Source: Octopus sinensis
Lineage: Eukaryota
Reading direction: 5' to 3'
DNA: 64,000 bases
NCBI RefSeq assembly: GCF_006345805.1
Contig: NW_021833459.1
Coordinates: 9,839-73,838, forward strand
In this document: positions 49,599-62,258 of the stretch, piece by piece
Layout: every line of letters starts with the position of its first letter
Position numbering within the stretch: the first letter of the stretch is position 1
Translations under genes and position numbers: made by a program
Notes under the pieces: generated by a model
What the model was told of the DNA's origin: nothing
Databases searched by the model: none
The model's input: the letters and a program-made list of their open reading frames with translations, nothing else

Positions 49599-49690
49599 TC
49601 GAAAAGTTCCTTAGGAATGAGAACCTAGGTTCTCAAAAAGACACCTGATGAAGGTTGGAGGGTATACATTAGCCGAAACGTTGCGTTACC
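49490..49690 (+). mobile_element. SINE family D with tRNA-like head, (AAT)n linker and hammerhead tail
   Basis: A box TGGCGTAGTGG at 49497, B box GAGTTCGATACC at 49540, then (AAT)n and GACACCTGATGAAGG..CCGAAACGTTG. Confidence 0.82.
49640..49687 (+). ncRNA. Minimal type-I hammerhead, core intact
   Basis: GACAC-CUGAUGA-a-GGUUG..UAGCC-GAAA-CGUU-GCGUU; palindromic AACGUU stem III; GUU triplet; one mismatch in stem I. Confidence 0.65.
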
Positions 49691-49949
49691 GCCTGTACTT
49701 AAAACGAAAACAGGGCTGCTGAGGTATAATATCGATCCAAAGTGCCTTTGAATGTCGTGTCATATCCCTTCGGTAAATTATTTTAACCGCCATGTGTCAA
49801 AGTGCACCAATTGACCAAATTTGCATACATGAGGCTGATAACATCATAAGACTTGGAAGACAGCTCTTTAACCACCATTCCTTGTCTGATAACTTTAAAT
49901 ACACACCCACAGAAATTGCACGACTGACTGCAGCGCAACGTATCATCAG

Positions 49950-50745
49950 ATATAAGGGTAAGCATATATGAGCAAAAGACTATGCACGGATATTTTAGTA
50001 TGGAACACTAGCCGGTTTACTACCTCCCACTTTGAAGGATATGTATTTGCGATCTGAGAACAGTAAATATCAACCAAATACCTGATGCACAAAAGGAATA
50101 GTGATGAGCGGTTGTGGAAATTAGCTGCCCAGCGGATATTAGCATAAATGTCACACCGTTGCCAACTTTGTGGAGTTAACAACGTAGACATCACCCACAA
50201 TATAAATAGTTATCCGAAGATGTTATCACGATATTACTTACCGATGAGAAAGGACGTTGTAGCTGGGTCACTCTATAATGAAATCTGTCGGCAGGATAAC
50301 CCCAAGGAGAAAGAAATAGAAACCCACAGTATGGAAGAAGCCATAGACAATCATGATAAAATGAAGTACTAGTGGAATGTTCCAGTGAAAACCTCACTAA
50401 AACGTAAGCATAAGAGAGCTGATATAATGATTTGGGATAGATAAGAAACTGCATGGTTGTGGAAATTAACAGCCCAGCGGATATAAGCATAAAGCTGACG
50501 ATCAGTGTAAAAGAGAATACCTATGCTGACCTATTGAGAAATCTGCAGTTACCCTGTCCAGATTACAAGTTCAGGTTTATACCTGTAATTATTGGGGCCC
50601 ATGGATAGATACCATACTGCTTAAATAAGAATCTTAGAAATTAGGCTTCTTAAAACCAAGAAGAAAGCTAATTCGAAGACTACAGATCCAAACCATCACT
50701 GGAGCTGCAAAAGTCTGTAAAAATTTCCAGACGTTTATCTTTTAA
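49950..50745 (+). mobile_element. REL-type (R4/Dong-like) LINE 3' fragment, rearranged
   Basis: MHGYF, TSHFEGYVFAI, CQLCGVN..DITH, RADIMIWD, PDYKFRFIPVIIGA, LQIQTITG. A ~40-bp segment (GGTTGTGGAAATTA..CCCAGCGGATAT.AGCATAAA) is present twice, near 50110 and 50455. Confidence 0.75.
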
Positions 50746-51142
50746 ATATATATGAGCATGTCTAGATATATATAACTGTATGCATGAGAGTAAATGCATA
50801 AAACAAAATATACAGCTTTGCAAATACACATACATATATACATGCATACATATATATATATACATGCATAAATACATATATAAATACATACATACATACA
50901 TGCATGCATGCATACATTCATACCCTGCAGTTGATGTTGAAATTCCAATGAAGTAATCTCGGATCTAGATTAGAAACCGGCTCATTCTGTATTGGAAAAA
51001 TTCTTGAGATAAAACCGAATAATGGTATACATACATATATGTATGCGTCTATGCGGATATGTGCGTATATTTGTATATATAGCCCTGGGTTACACATAGT
51101 TACATATGCATATATTGCTTCAATACATTTGATAGCAGCATC

Positions 51143-51177
<35 letters not shown>

Positions 51178-51190
51178 TAGATAGATATAT

Positions 51191-51823
51191 TTCTTTATTA
51201 GCCACACAGGGCTGCACACACACAGGACAAATTACAAGGTAGAGCTTTTCTTTTGGGGGTAAAAAAGGGGGTTTGGTTTTGGATCAAAAGGGATCGTAAA
51301 GGGAAAGAAAGAGGACAAAAAAAGGGGGAATAAAATAAAAAGGGGGGGGGAAATTTGATCAATAGGGATCGTTATCACAAAAATGTCAATATGAAGTGTA
51401 AAGGGGACGACAGGTGAGGTTTACCCGTGGAAAGAAAAGCCTACGGAAAAGACTACGGTAACCTCGGTCAATGAAGTCACATGTTATATTTCTTTTTTTT
51501 TTTACTAATAAGCAACTCTCTGTATTAGTTTATACGGTTCATAGAATCATAGTCAAGGTGGCTTCGTCATTCATACGCGCCATCCTTGCTACATTCACCC
51601 ATCTTTTTTTAAAACATTCCCTAGACAAAACTTGCCTCCCTACTCTCACTTTCCTCTTCAAGTGATACTTAAGAAGTTGATGAGAGATTGACCAGAGAGA
51701 AAAGTGTTTGTCTCTAATCCTTTCAGGCGCGTCCACCAGATACATTCTTTCGCCATAGCCACAAATATGATAAAAATAGTTCGTTCTTCCCGTTTGAAGG
51801 AAGTAGGCGTGACGATATTAACA
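51191..51823 (-). mobile_element. L1/Tx1-like LINE 3' fragment with 20-bp TSD
   Basis: Minus-strand pieces AMAKECIWWTRLKG..LINF/LKYHLKRKVRVGRQVLS..F.KRWV; 3' UTR ending AATAAAGAAAT; ATATAGATAGATAGATATAT at 51171-51190 and 51824-51843. Confidence 0.7.
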
Positions 51824-52777
51824 ATATAGATAGATAGATATATGCTAGAGTATTGGACAAAATAACTTCTAATTTTTTGTGTCTCTTTTAACACAATTAG
51901 GTTTTGTCATACTCCTTTTCATTACTCATTGCCAAACGTCTACTCTGACGCCTGATTAGACGTTTTATCTAGTGTAATATATATTTTATTAAAATGTCAG
52001 TAACTTTCTATATTTAAAAAAGAGGTTTTTTTCATCGAAAATGATATCGAGACCTCTATAAAAATATTTACTTCAAAATATCAATGTGTAATTAGAATGT
52101 TGCAATGCAAAACCTGAATAGTGTAACTGTTCAGGAAGAAGCATTCGTTCTAGTAGGAACTATTCCTCGTTTACTAAATTCAAACATCTTTACCTATCCT
52201 AGTTAGCATAAACAACACTCGAAAACCTAATATTGGAAAATGTTCTTAATATGCATTAATCTTTTTTAATCCATAGAGACTAACTAATTCCAACAATTAC
52301 GACAATTTCGAAATGTGGATTTTAATTGTTTGTTATGATTTCTTAGTATTATCGACTTTTCGTTATTGTTTAATCCGGCTTTAATCCATGTCTCTTTTAA
52401 TTTCAAGTAAGCAGCAAATAGCTGCTTTCGCAAAGATTTGTAGCTAGAACATATATGAATGTATGTATATAGGTATGTATGCATGTATATATGTTAAGTA
52501 TGTATGTATGTATGTATGTATGTATCTATCTATCTAGCTATCTAGCTATCTATCTCTAAATATATATATATATATATATAATATATTATATATATATATA
52601 TAGGCTTATATATGTATGTAAGTATATATATAGATATATATTTATACATATATATAACATATGTAATATATATATATACATATAATATGTGTATATATAT
52701 ATAATATATGTAGATATATATATAATATATATATATATAATATACGTATATATATATATAAATAATATATGTATATA

Positions 52778-53133
52778 TGGCTGTGTGGTAAGTAGCTTGC
52801 TAACCAACCACACGGTTGCGGGTTCAGTCCCACTGCGTGGCATCTTGGGTAAGTGTCTTCTGCTATAGCCCCGGGCCGACCAATGCCTTGTGAGTGGATT
52901 TGGTAGACGGAAACTGAAAGAAGCCTGTCGTATATATGTATATATATGTATATGTGTGTGTGTCTGTGTTTGTCCCCCTAGCATTGCTTGACAACCGATG
53001 CTGGTGTGTTTACGTCCCCGTCACTTAGCGGTTCGGCAAAATGAGACCGATAGAATAAGTACAAAAAGTCGGTGCTCCAGCATGGCCGCAGTCAAATGAC
53101 TGAAACAAGTAAAAGAGTAAAAGAGTAAAGAGT
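52778..53133 (+). mobile_element. SINE family A with ~45-bp internal deletion
   Basis: As for the other family A copies; AGAATAAGTAC is joined directly to AAAAGTCGGTGCTCCAGC. Confidence 0.9.
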
Positions 53134-53649
53134 ATATATAATATATGTATATATATATATAATATATGTATATATATATAATATGTTATATATATAATAT
53201 GTATATATATATAATATGTATATATATTACTATATATATATATATATATATAATAATATATGTATATATCTATATAATATATGTATATATATATAATATA
53301 TGTATATATATAATATATGTATATATATATATATATATATAATATGTATATATATATATATAATATGTATATATATATATATAATATATGTATATATATA
53401 TATAATAGATGATAGATAAATATATTATATGTATATATATATATAATATATGTATAATATATATATAATATATCTATATATATATATAATATATGTATAT
53501 ATATATATTATAATATATAATATGTATATATAATTATATAATATATGTATATATATAATATTGTATTATATATGATATATGTATATATATATATATATAT
53601 TATAATTGATATATGTAATATATATATGATATATGTATATATATATAGA

Positions 53650-53701
<52 letters not shown>

Positions 53702-55001
53702 ATATGTATATATATAGATATATGTATTATATATATGATATAGTATATATATATATGATATATGTATATATATTATATATATATATGATATATGTATATA
53801 TATATATATATATATGATAGATGTATATATATATATATGATATATGTATATATTATATATATATAATATATGTATATATAATAATATATGTATATATAGA
53901 TATAATATATGTATCTATATATATATATATATATAGAACTTAGATATGTTTTGACCAGAGATTGGTCCAGGCCAGTCTAACTTAATAAATATATATAATA
54001 TATTATATATATAATATGATATATGTTATATAATATAATATATGTATATATATATAATATATATTAATATATATATTATGTATGTAGATATATATTAATA
54101 TATATATATATAATATATATATATAATATATGTATATATATATAATATATGTATATATATATAATATAGTAATATATATAATATATAATATAATATATGT
54201 ATATATATATAATAATGTATATATATATAATATATAATATAATATATGTATATAGATATATATATATAATATAGTATATAATATAATATATATATATGTA
54301 TATATTATAATATATGTATATAAATATATATATATATATATGTATATAATATAATATAGTATATATATATATAATATTGTATATATATTATATAATATAT
54401 GTATATATATATATAATATATGTATAAATATATATAATATTGTATATATATATATATGATATATGTATAATATATATATAATATATGTATATATATATAA
54501 TATATATATATAATATATATTAATAATGTAATGTATATATATAATATATATATAACATAATATATATATAATATATGTATATATGTAATATATATATATA
54601 TAATATATGTATTATATATAATATATATATATAATATATGTATATAAATATATATATGTATATATATATAATATATATATATAATATATATATATAATAT
54701 ATATATATAATAATATATGTATATAAATATATTATAATATATGTATAATATATAATATATGTATATGAATATATATATAATATATGTATATAATATAATA
54801 TATGTATATATATATATAATATATGTATATATATATATAATATATGTATATATATATATAATATATGTATATATATATATATAATATATTATATATATAT
54901 ATAATATATGTATATATATATATAATATATGTATATATATATATAAAATGTATATATATATAATAATATATGTTATATATATATTATAATATATGTGTAA
55001 T

Positions 55002-55033
<32 letters not shown>

Positions 55034-55140
55034 ATATATGTGTATATATATCTATATATAATATATGTGTATGTATATATATATATATAATATGTGTGTA
55101 TATATATATATATAATATATGTATATATATAATATATCTA
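53134..55140. repeat. ~2-kb degenerate (TA)n minisatellite (unit ~TATATATAATATATG)
   Basis: Direct reading. Confidence 0.95.
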
Positions 55141-55218
55141 TAAATCCTTAAAATCCTTAAAAATGTATTAGACCGAAGGCCGCGGCCATGCTGGGACACC
55201 ACCGCTGAATGAGCTACA

Positions 55219-58200
55219 CTAGTTTGTGAATCCACCTCTGATACGTGGCACTTGATCAACAAGGGAGCTCGATGCTGCTGCCCGCATCCGTGTCTCCTGT
55301 CGTGAGGTAGGTTCATTTGGGACTCCCAACAAGAAGAGATCCAGTTTAGTTTTAAAGAAACCCACATCCACACCATGTAAGTCTCTCAGGCATTTAGGGA
55401 GGATGTTAAAGAGCTGTGGTCCTCTGAAACCCAAGCTGTTGCAGTATCTGGACCTGTATTTTGATGGTGATGTTAGAATCTTTGGCACCACGCAGCGGCG
55501 CCCCGTTCTGCGGTTGGAGTAACTTTGAATGCCAAAGTTTGGGACAAGACCCTCTAGGATTTTCCAGATGTATATCACTGCATATCTCTCCCGCCTCCGC
55601 TCCAGGGAGAAGAGGTTTAATACCTTCAGTCTTTCCCAGTAGCTGACATTTTGCATTGAGACGATTTTCTTTGTGTAGCTTCTCTGAGTTGCTTCGAGTT
55701 CTGCTGTTTGTTTAATATTGTGTGGTGACCAAAGTTGGGAGCAGTAGTCCAAGCGGCTGAGGACGAATGTTTTCCATAGGACCATCAGTGTCTCCTTCTC
55801 TCTTGTTCTGAAAGTTAGGAGAATCCATCCAGCTAGCCGTCTGCATTTTATCACCAGATTAGCAATATGCATTTGGAAAGATGCATCATTGCTCATGTCA
55901 ATGCCCAGGTCACGCACTGATTTTGACTCAGGGATTGCAATTCTTCCTGGGCCAGTGTATCCAGTCTTCACGTCATTTACCTTTGTGTTCCAGTAGCGCA
56001 GGGCCTGGAACTTACCTGCATTAAACTGCATGTTGTTGTCCTCAGCCCACCTGTATATTGTGTCCAGCTCATGTTGCAGATGCGCAATATTTTCAGGGTT
56101 TTGTATTGCGCGGGAGACTTTTGTGTCATCTGCATAGCTAGCAAGGGTGGTCATCGTAGCAACTGAAGGCATGTCTGAAAGGGCCACTATGAACATCAGT
56201 GGCCCCAAGACAGTGCCCTGTGGGACACCGCTTGTTATTTGCGTTTCCTTGGAGGTGGCTCCATTGCTCACAACTGCCTGTTTTTTGTCTTTTAGGAAGT
56301 TGTGCATCTACTCTCCAAGTTTCCCGCCTATGCCGAGACCACGCAGTTTGTGACAGATCATACCATGGTCGACTTTATCAAAGGCTTTTGCAAAGTCGAG
56401 ATATATTACATCCACATTTGAGCCATTTAGTAGCTGTTTCAACACCCAGTCATAGTGTTGCAGGAGCTGTTTTAGGCAGCCTCTACCTGGTCGAAATCCA
56501 TGCTGGGTGTCAGACAGTAAGTCATTTTCTTCAAGGAACATGATTAGTTTCTTACGGACTATTCGTTCCATGACTTTGCTGATGTGTGAGGTCAGAGAGA
56601 TAGGCCTATAATTTTTAGCATCTGCTCTGCTACCTCCCTTATGGATAGGGCATATTACCCCCTCTTTCAGTTTGACTGGGAGCTTGCCACTTGCAAGAAA
56701 GCTCTGAAAAAGAAGCTGTAGCGGTTTTGCAAGGGCTCGTTTGCACGATTTGAGAAGGATCGCTGGGAATCCATCAGGTCCAGCAGCTGAGTTTGTGTCA
56801 ATCTCATCACTGGCTAGTGTGATATCATCATCTTCGATGTTGATGTACTCAATTTTTGTCTCTTTGGCCGCTGGTAAAGTGGCAAATAATTCTTCTGGGT
56901 TGTTTACTTGCCTGTGTCCTAGAGGTGTAGTGAACACACTTTGGAACTGTTCGTTCAGTATTTCACTTATCCTCGTGGGATTTCCTGTGAGAGAGCCATC
57001 TTTTTGGAAGAGAGGTCCTATTCTCTGGTGCACAGTGGCTGTCTCTTTGGCAAACTTAAAGAAAGCTTTAGGGTTTTATTTTATATTTTCTATTACCCAA
57101 GCTTCTTTATCTGCTCTCTCCTTTTCATGGGACTGATGTAGACTTTTCTCAGTTTCCATTAGCATTCTTTCGAGCCGAGACTTCTCACCACTTTTGGTGT
57201 GCTTGCTCAGGCGGTTTGCAATCCTTGTCCGTCGTCTCATAAGAATCCTCCTTTCTCTAGGGATCCTGTTTTTGTTCTTGTGTGCGCTGGAGCTGCACAT
57301 TGGGACATATTTGTCATATATGGCTTGTATTATGGACATGAATTGTTTGTGTTTCATGTTTATGTCCGGTGTGGAGAGACATTCAGGCCAATCCTGTTTG
57401 AGGATCTCTTTCTCAATCGACATCTAGTTGGCTTTATGAAAGTTTAAGTTGGAGAGATGGTGGGTGCTTCGTATAGGCTGTGTGTCTGCGGGGGCTTTTG
57501 TTCCATACATAGACAGCTCTATTATGTTGTGATCCGAGATCATTGTCGGCATCATATTAACATTATGGATAATATCCATATTGTTTGTGAAGCAGAGATC
57601 CAGTATATTATCTGTCCTTGTTGGTTGCAGAACTATTTGCTCCATGAAAGAGGCATTTGTGAGATGGAGCAGGGACTCCACTTGTGCCTGCTGATGGTGT
57701 GTCATCCCTGGGAGCATCTGCCCCCCCCCAGGCCATTCCACATTGGGGATGTTAAAGTCACCCATGAAGAATACACTGTTGTGCTGTTTAAGGTTGGTGA
57801 GGACTTCTCCTATTTATGTTAGGCAGTCTTCAAACATGCCTGAGTGTTTTGGGGCATCTGGTGGGCGATATGTAGGTGCATATGACGATATTCAGTTGTC
57901 TTATGTGTACAATTTGAGTTTCACATACTGAGTTTGAATATGACAGCAGGACCTGGGGCGTGAGGTCATCTCGGATGTACATTGCAACTCCACCATGGCT
58001 CCTCCCTTTTCTATCTGTGCGTATGACTGCATATTGCGGCATATGTATTTCTGCATCACCTATATCGGGTTCAAGATGCGTTTCTGTGAGTGCCATGCAT
58101 ATAGCTTGATTGCATGTCACAAGGTCTCTCAGGAATGAAATTTTCTTTTTACAGTTTCCGCGCAGCAGCCCTCCTACATTCAGTAGAAATATTTTTGTGG

Positions 58201-58234
58201 TGTGTGTGTTGGTGTTGGTGTCTGTGGTGGCCAT
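55219..58234 (-). pseudogene. LINE ORF2: APE endonuclease plus reverse transcriptase, inactivated
   Basis: MATTD..NVGGL..ETHL..MGDFN..DNILDLCF; NYRPISLTS; QHGFRPGR; YLDFAKAFDKV; GVPQGTVLGP; YADDTK. One 1-bp frameshift near 57870; in-frame stops near 57817, 57424, 57076 and 56308. Confidence 0.93.
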
Positions 58235-58842
58235 CCTGCATCTGTTGGAGGTGGCCTTATGTGGTGGTAGTTCCAGCTTTGTGCTTGTAGCCAGGTCAGT
58301 TGCTGAACAATTTTTTGTGCCATGCACAAAAAAGATTGCTGTTCAGCTGCCGCCCTTCTCACATCTCGGTGAAGCTGGCCACCTGTTGGGCTTCCGCGCA
58401 CCACATCTGCATACCGTCTTTCAGTAGTGGTCAGTGCGTTTTTCCCCTCTTTTAACTTTTTCTTTTTGTCTTTGTTCTCCCTGAGGGAGGGACCTCTGTC
58501 TCGCGTCCGTGCGGTTTTGGTAGGGCCTCCGATGTGCAAAGCGACAGTTTGCACCTTCGACGCCGTACCAGCAGTCCCCCCTCAGGTAGAATTTGCAGGT
58601 GTTTCTTTCCCTGCCTTACAGTTTTTGCTGGGGTCCCTCTGCTTTCTCTGGACAGCGCTTCCCTTAGCCTTGATTCTGTCACCCTTTACCTCCTGCTTCC
58701 CATCAATTCCAGGGTGCCTTTCCTTTCTGGCGGCCATCGCACCTCTTTGGTCTTCAGTTGTGGTGTTGGAAGCTGGACATGTGTCATCGTTTCCCTGTGT
58801 TCCAGGCTTCTCCATTTCGCTCTGGATGCTTTCCTCATCCAT
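58180..58842 (-). pseudogene. LINE ORF1 with CCCH zinc finger, two frameshifts
   Basis: MDEESIQSE.. frame, then CKFYLRGDCWYGVEGANCRFAH (58597-58532) in a second frame, then RRYADVVR..FLCMAQKIVQQLTW in a third; overlaps the ORF2 start. Confidence 0.7.
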
Positions 58843-58885
58843 TTGGATGCTTTCCTCTGGATGCTTTCCTCATCCTTTCCTCATC

Positions 58886-59879
58886 AATATATATAATATA
58901 TGTATGTGTATATAATATATGTATGTATATGTATATATAATATATGTATGTATATATATATATAATATATGTATGTATATATATATATAATATATGTATG
59001 TATATATATATAATATATGTATGTATATATATATAATATATGTATGTATATATATAATATATGTATGTGTATATATAATATATGTATGTATATAAATAAT
59101 ATGTATGTGTATATATAATATATGTATATATATAATATATGTATGTATATATTTATGTATGTATATATAAAATATATATATATATAAAATATCTATATAT
59201 CTCTCTATATATAATATATGTATATATATATAATATATGTATGTATATATATACTATACGTATATACATGTATATATATATATCATATATCTATATATAT
59301 ATGTATATATATAAATATAATATATGTATATATATGTATAATATATAATATAAGTATATATATATAATATATGTATGTATATATATAATATACGTATATA
59401 CATGTATATATATATATAATATATGTATATATATATGTATATATATAAATATATATATGTATATATATGTATATATATATAATATATGTAAATATATATG
59501 TATATATATAATATAGTATATATATATGTATGTATATATATATATAATATATGTATATATATATATGTATATATATATAATATATGTATATATATGTATA
59601 TATATATAATATATGTATTATATATGTATATATGTATAATATATGTATATATATAGTATTATATATATAATATATGTATATATATGTATATATATAATAT
59701 ATGTATATATATATTGTATAATATATAATATATGTATATATATGTATATATATATAATATATGTATATATATATGTATATATAATAATATATGTAATATA
59801 TATATAAATATATGTATATATATATAATATATGTATATATATAAAATATCTCTATATATCTCTCTATATATAATATATG

Positions 59880-59910
<31 letters not shown>

Positions 59911-61077
59911 GTATGTATATATATAATATATGTATATATAATGTATATATCTATAATATATGTATATATAATATATGTATATATATATATATGTATATAT
60001 ATATAAGATGTATATATATATATAATATATGTTATATATATATAATATATGTATATATATATAATATATGTATATATTATATATAATATATGTATATCTA
60101 TATATTTATAATATATGTATATATATAATATATGTATATATATATAATATATGTTATATTAAATATATGTATATATATATATAATATTATGTATATATAT
60201 AATATATGTATATGTATTTATAATATATATAATATAGTATGTATATATAATATAATATATATAAAATAATCTGTATATATATGTATATATAATAATGTAT
60301 GTATAATATTTGTATATATAATATATGTATATATAATATAATAATATATTATAATCTTTTATCTTTTACTCTTTTACTTGTTTCAGCCATCCGGCTGAGG
60401 CCTATATGTATATAATATATATAATATATATATATATATGGATTATAATATATGATATATAATATATGTATATTAATATATATAATATGTATATATATAA
60501 TATATATAAATGTATATATATATACATATGTCTATATATATATATGACATGTATATACATACATATGTCTATATATATATATGACATGTATATATATATA
60601 TATATACATATGTCTATATATATATATGACATGTATATATATATATATATAACATATGTATATATATATAACATGTATATATATATAACATGTATATATA
60701 TATATAACATGTATATATATAACATGTATATATATATAACATGTATATATATATAACATGTATATATATATATAACATATATATATATATAACATATGTA
60801 TGTATATATATATAACATATGTATATATATATATAACATGTATATATATATACAACCTATATATATATATATATAACATATGTATGTATATATATATAAC
60901 ATATGTATATATATATATAACATATGTATATAGATATATAAAACACATGTATATATATAACATATGTATATATATAACATGTATATATATATATATAACA
61001 TATGTATATATATAACATATGTATATATATATATAACATATGTATATATATATACATATATGTATATATATATATAC

Positions 61078-61112
<35 letters not shown>

Positions 61113-61620
61113 ACATATATATATATGTATAACATATATATATATAACATATGTATATATATATATAACATATGTATATATATATATACATATGTATATA
61201 TATATAACATATGTATATATATATACATATGTATATATATATAACATGTATATATATATAGCATATGTATATGTATATATAACTTATGTATATATATATA
61301 TTACATATGTATATATATAACATGTATATATATAACATATGTATATATATAACATATGCATATATATAACATATATATATATATATAACATATGTATATA
61401 TATAACATATGTATATATATATAACATATGTATATATATATTTAACATGTATATATATATATATATATCATATGTATATATATAACATATGTATATATAT
61501 AACATATGTATATATATATATAACATATGTATATATATATATAATATGTATATATACATATATAACATATGTATATATATATATATATAAAGATATAAAA
61601 CATATGGATATATGTGTTTG
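58886..61620. repeat. ~2.7-kb degenerate (TA)n minisatellite; unit switches from TATAATATATG to TATAACATATG after ~60400
   Basis: Direct reading. Confidence 0.95.
60361..60402 (-). mobile_element. Isolated 3' tail of a family-A-related SINE/LINE
   Basis: Minus strand: GGCCTCAGCCGGATGGCTGAAACAAGTAAAAGAGTAAAAGAT. Confidence 0.6.
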
Positions 61621-62130
61621 TGTATAAAATATAAATATACATATAGTATATGTGAATATAGTAGATCTGATAAATAATTAGCAGGACTGATGCCGTATTA
61701 ACGAATGCTGGGATGCAGTTCTGTGGAGAATTAAGTATTGGAGGTGGTTATAGTTCATGGTTTCTGTCATTTAAAATAGAATGTAGATGTTCCCCGATTT
61801 ATGCTTATGACAATGAAGTATAGTTTCCGTCATATCATATCATCGAATTTGTAGAAGGCTTTCATAACATCGAAATATATTAGTCATATTTGTATGATTA
61901 AGCAACTGCTTTGACACCTTGTTATAGTTTCGTAGAAGCTGAAACAGTCAGTTTCTTCGTGATGGATAATTTTGTTCGTTGTTAGTTAGCAAGTAATTTT
62001 TTTTTCTTAAAAAACATGATTCGTTTCCCTCTAGTAATTTGTCTCATAACTTTTATCCCGAATTGGGTCGAGAAAATTGGCTTGTAATGTTTAACTTGTG
62101 CTCTACTTTCCCCTTATACAATATTCTCGA

Positions 62131-62172
<42 letters not shown>

Positions 62173-62258
62173 TGTAGTGTGGAACCAAATATTGGAAAGT
62201 ATTAGATAATTCACAAAATTTTTTATTTTACAACCAGCAACCTGACATCAATGTAATT

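Larger units (their letters stand above)
55141..58885 (-). mobile_element. Near full-length CR1-group LINE (~3.75 kb) inserted in a (TA)n array
   Basis: ORF1, ORF2 (APE-RT), short 3' UTR and (TTTAAGGA)n tail, with the same minisatellite on both flanks. Confidence 0.92.

Noticed and set aside
56147-58915. Several + strand ORFs of 60-160 aa over the LINE
   Set aside because: Antisense shadows of ORF1/ORF2 with no independent motifs.
53134-61620. Regular tandem arrays as possible CRISPR arrays
   Set aside because: No constant repeat with unique spacers and no cas genes; eukaryotic minisatellite.
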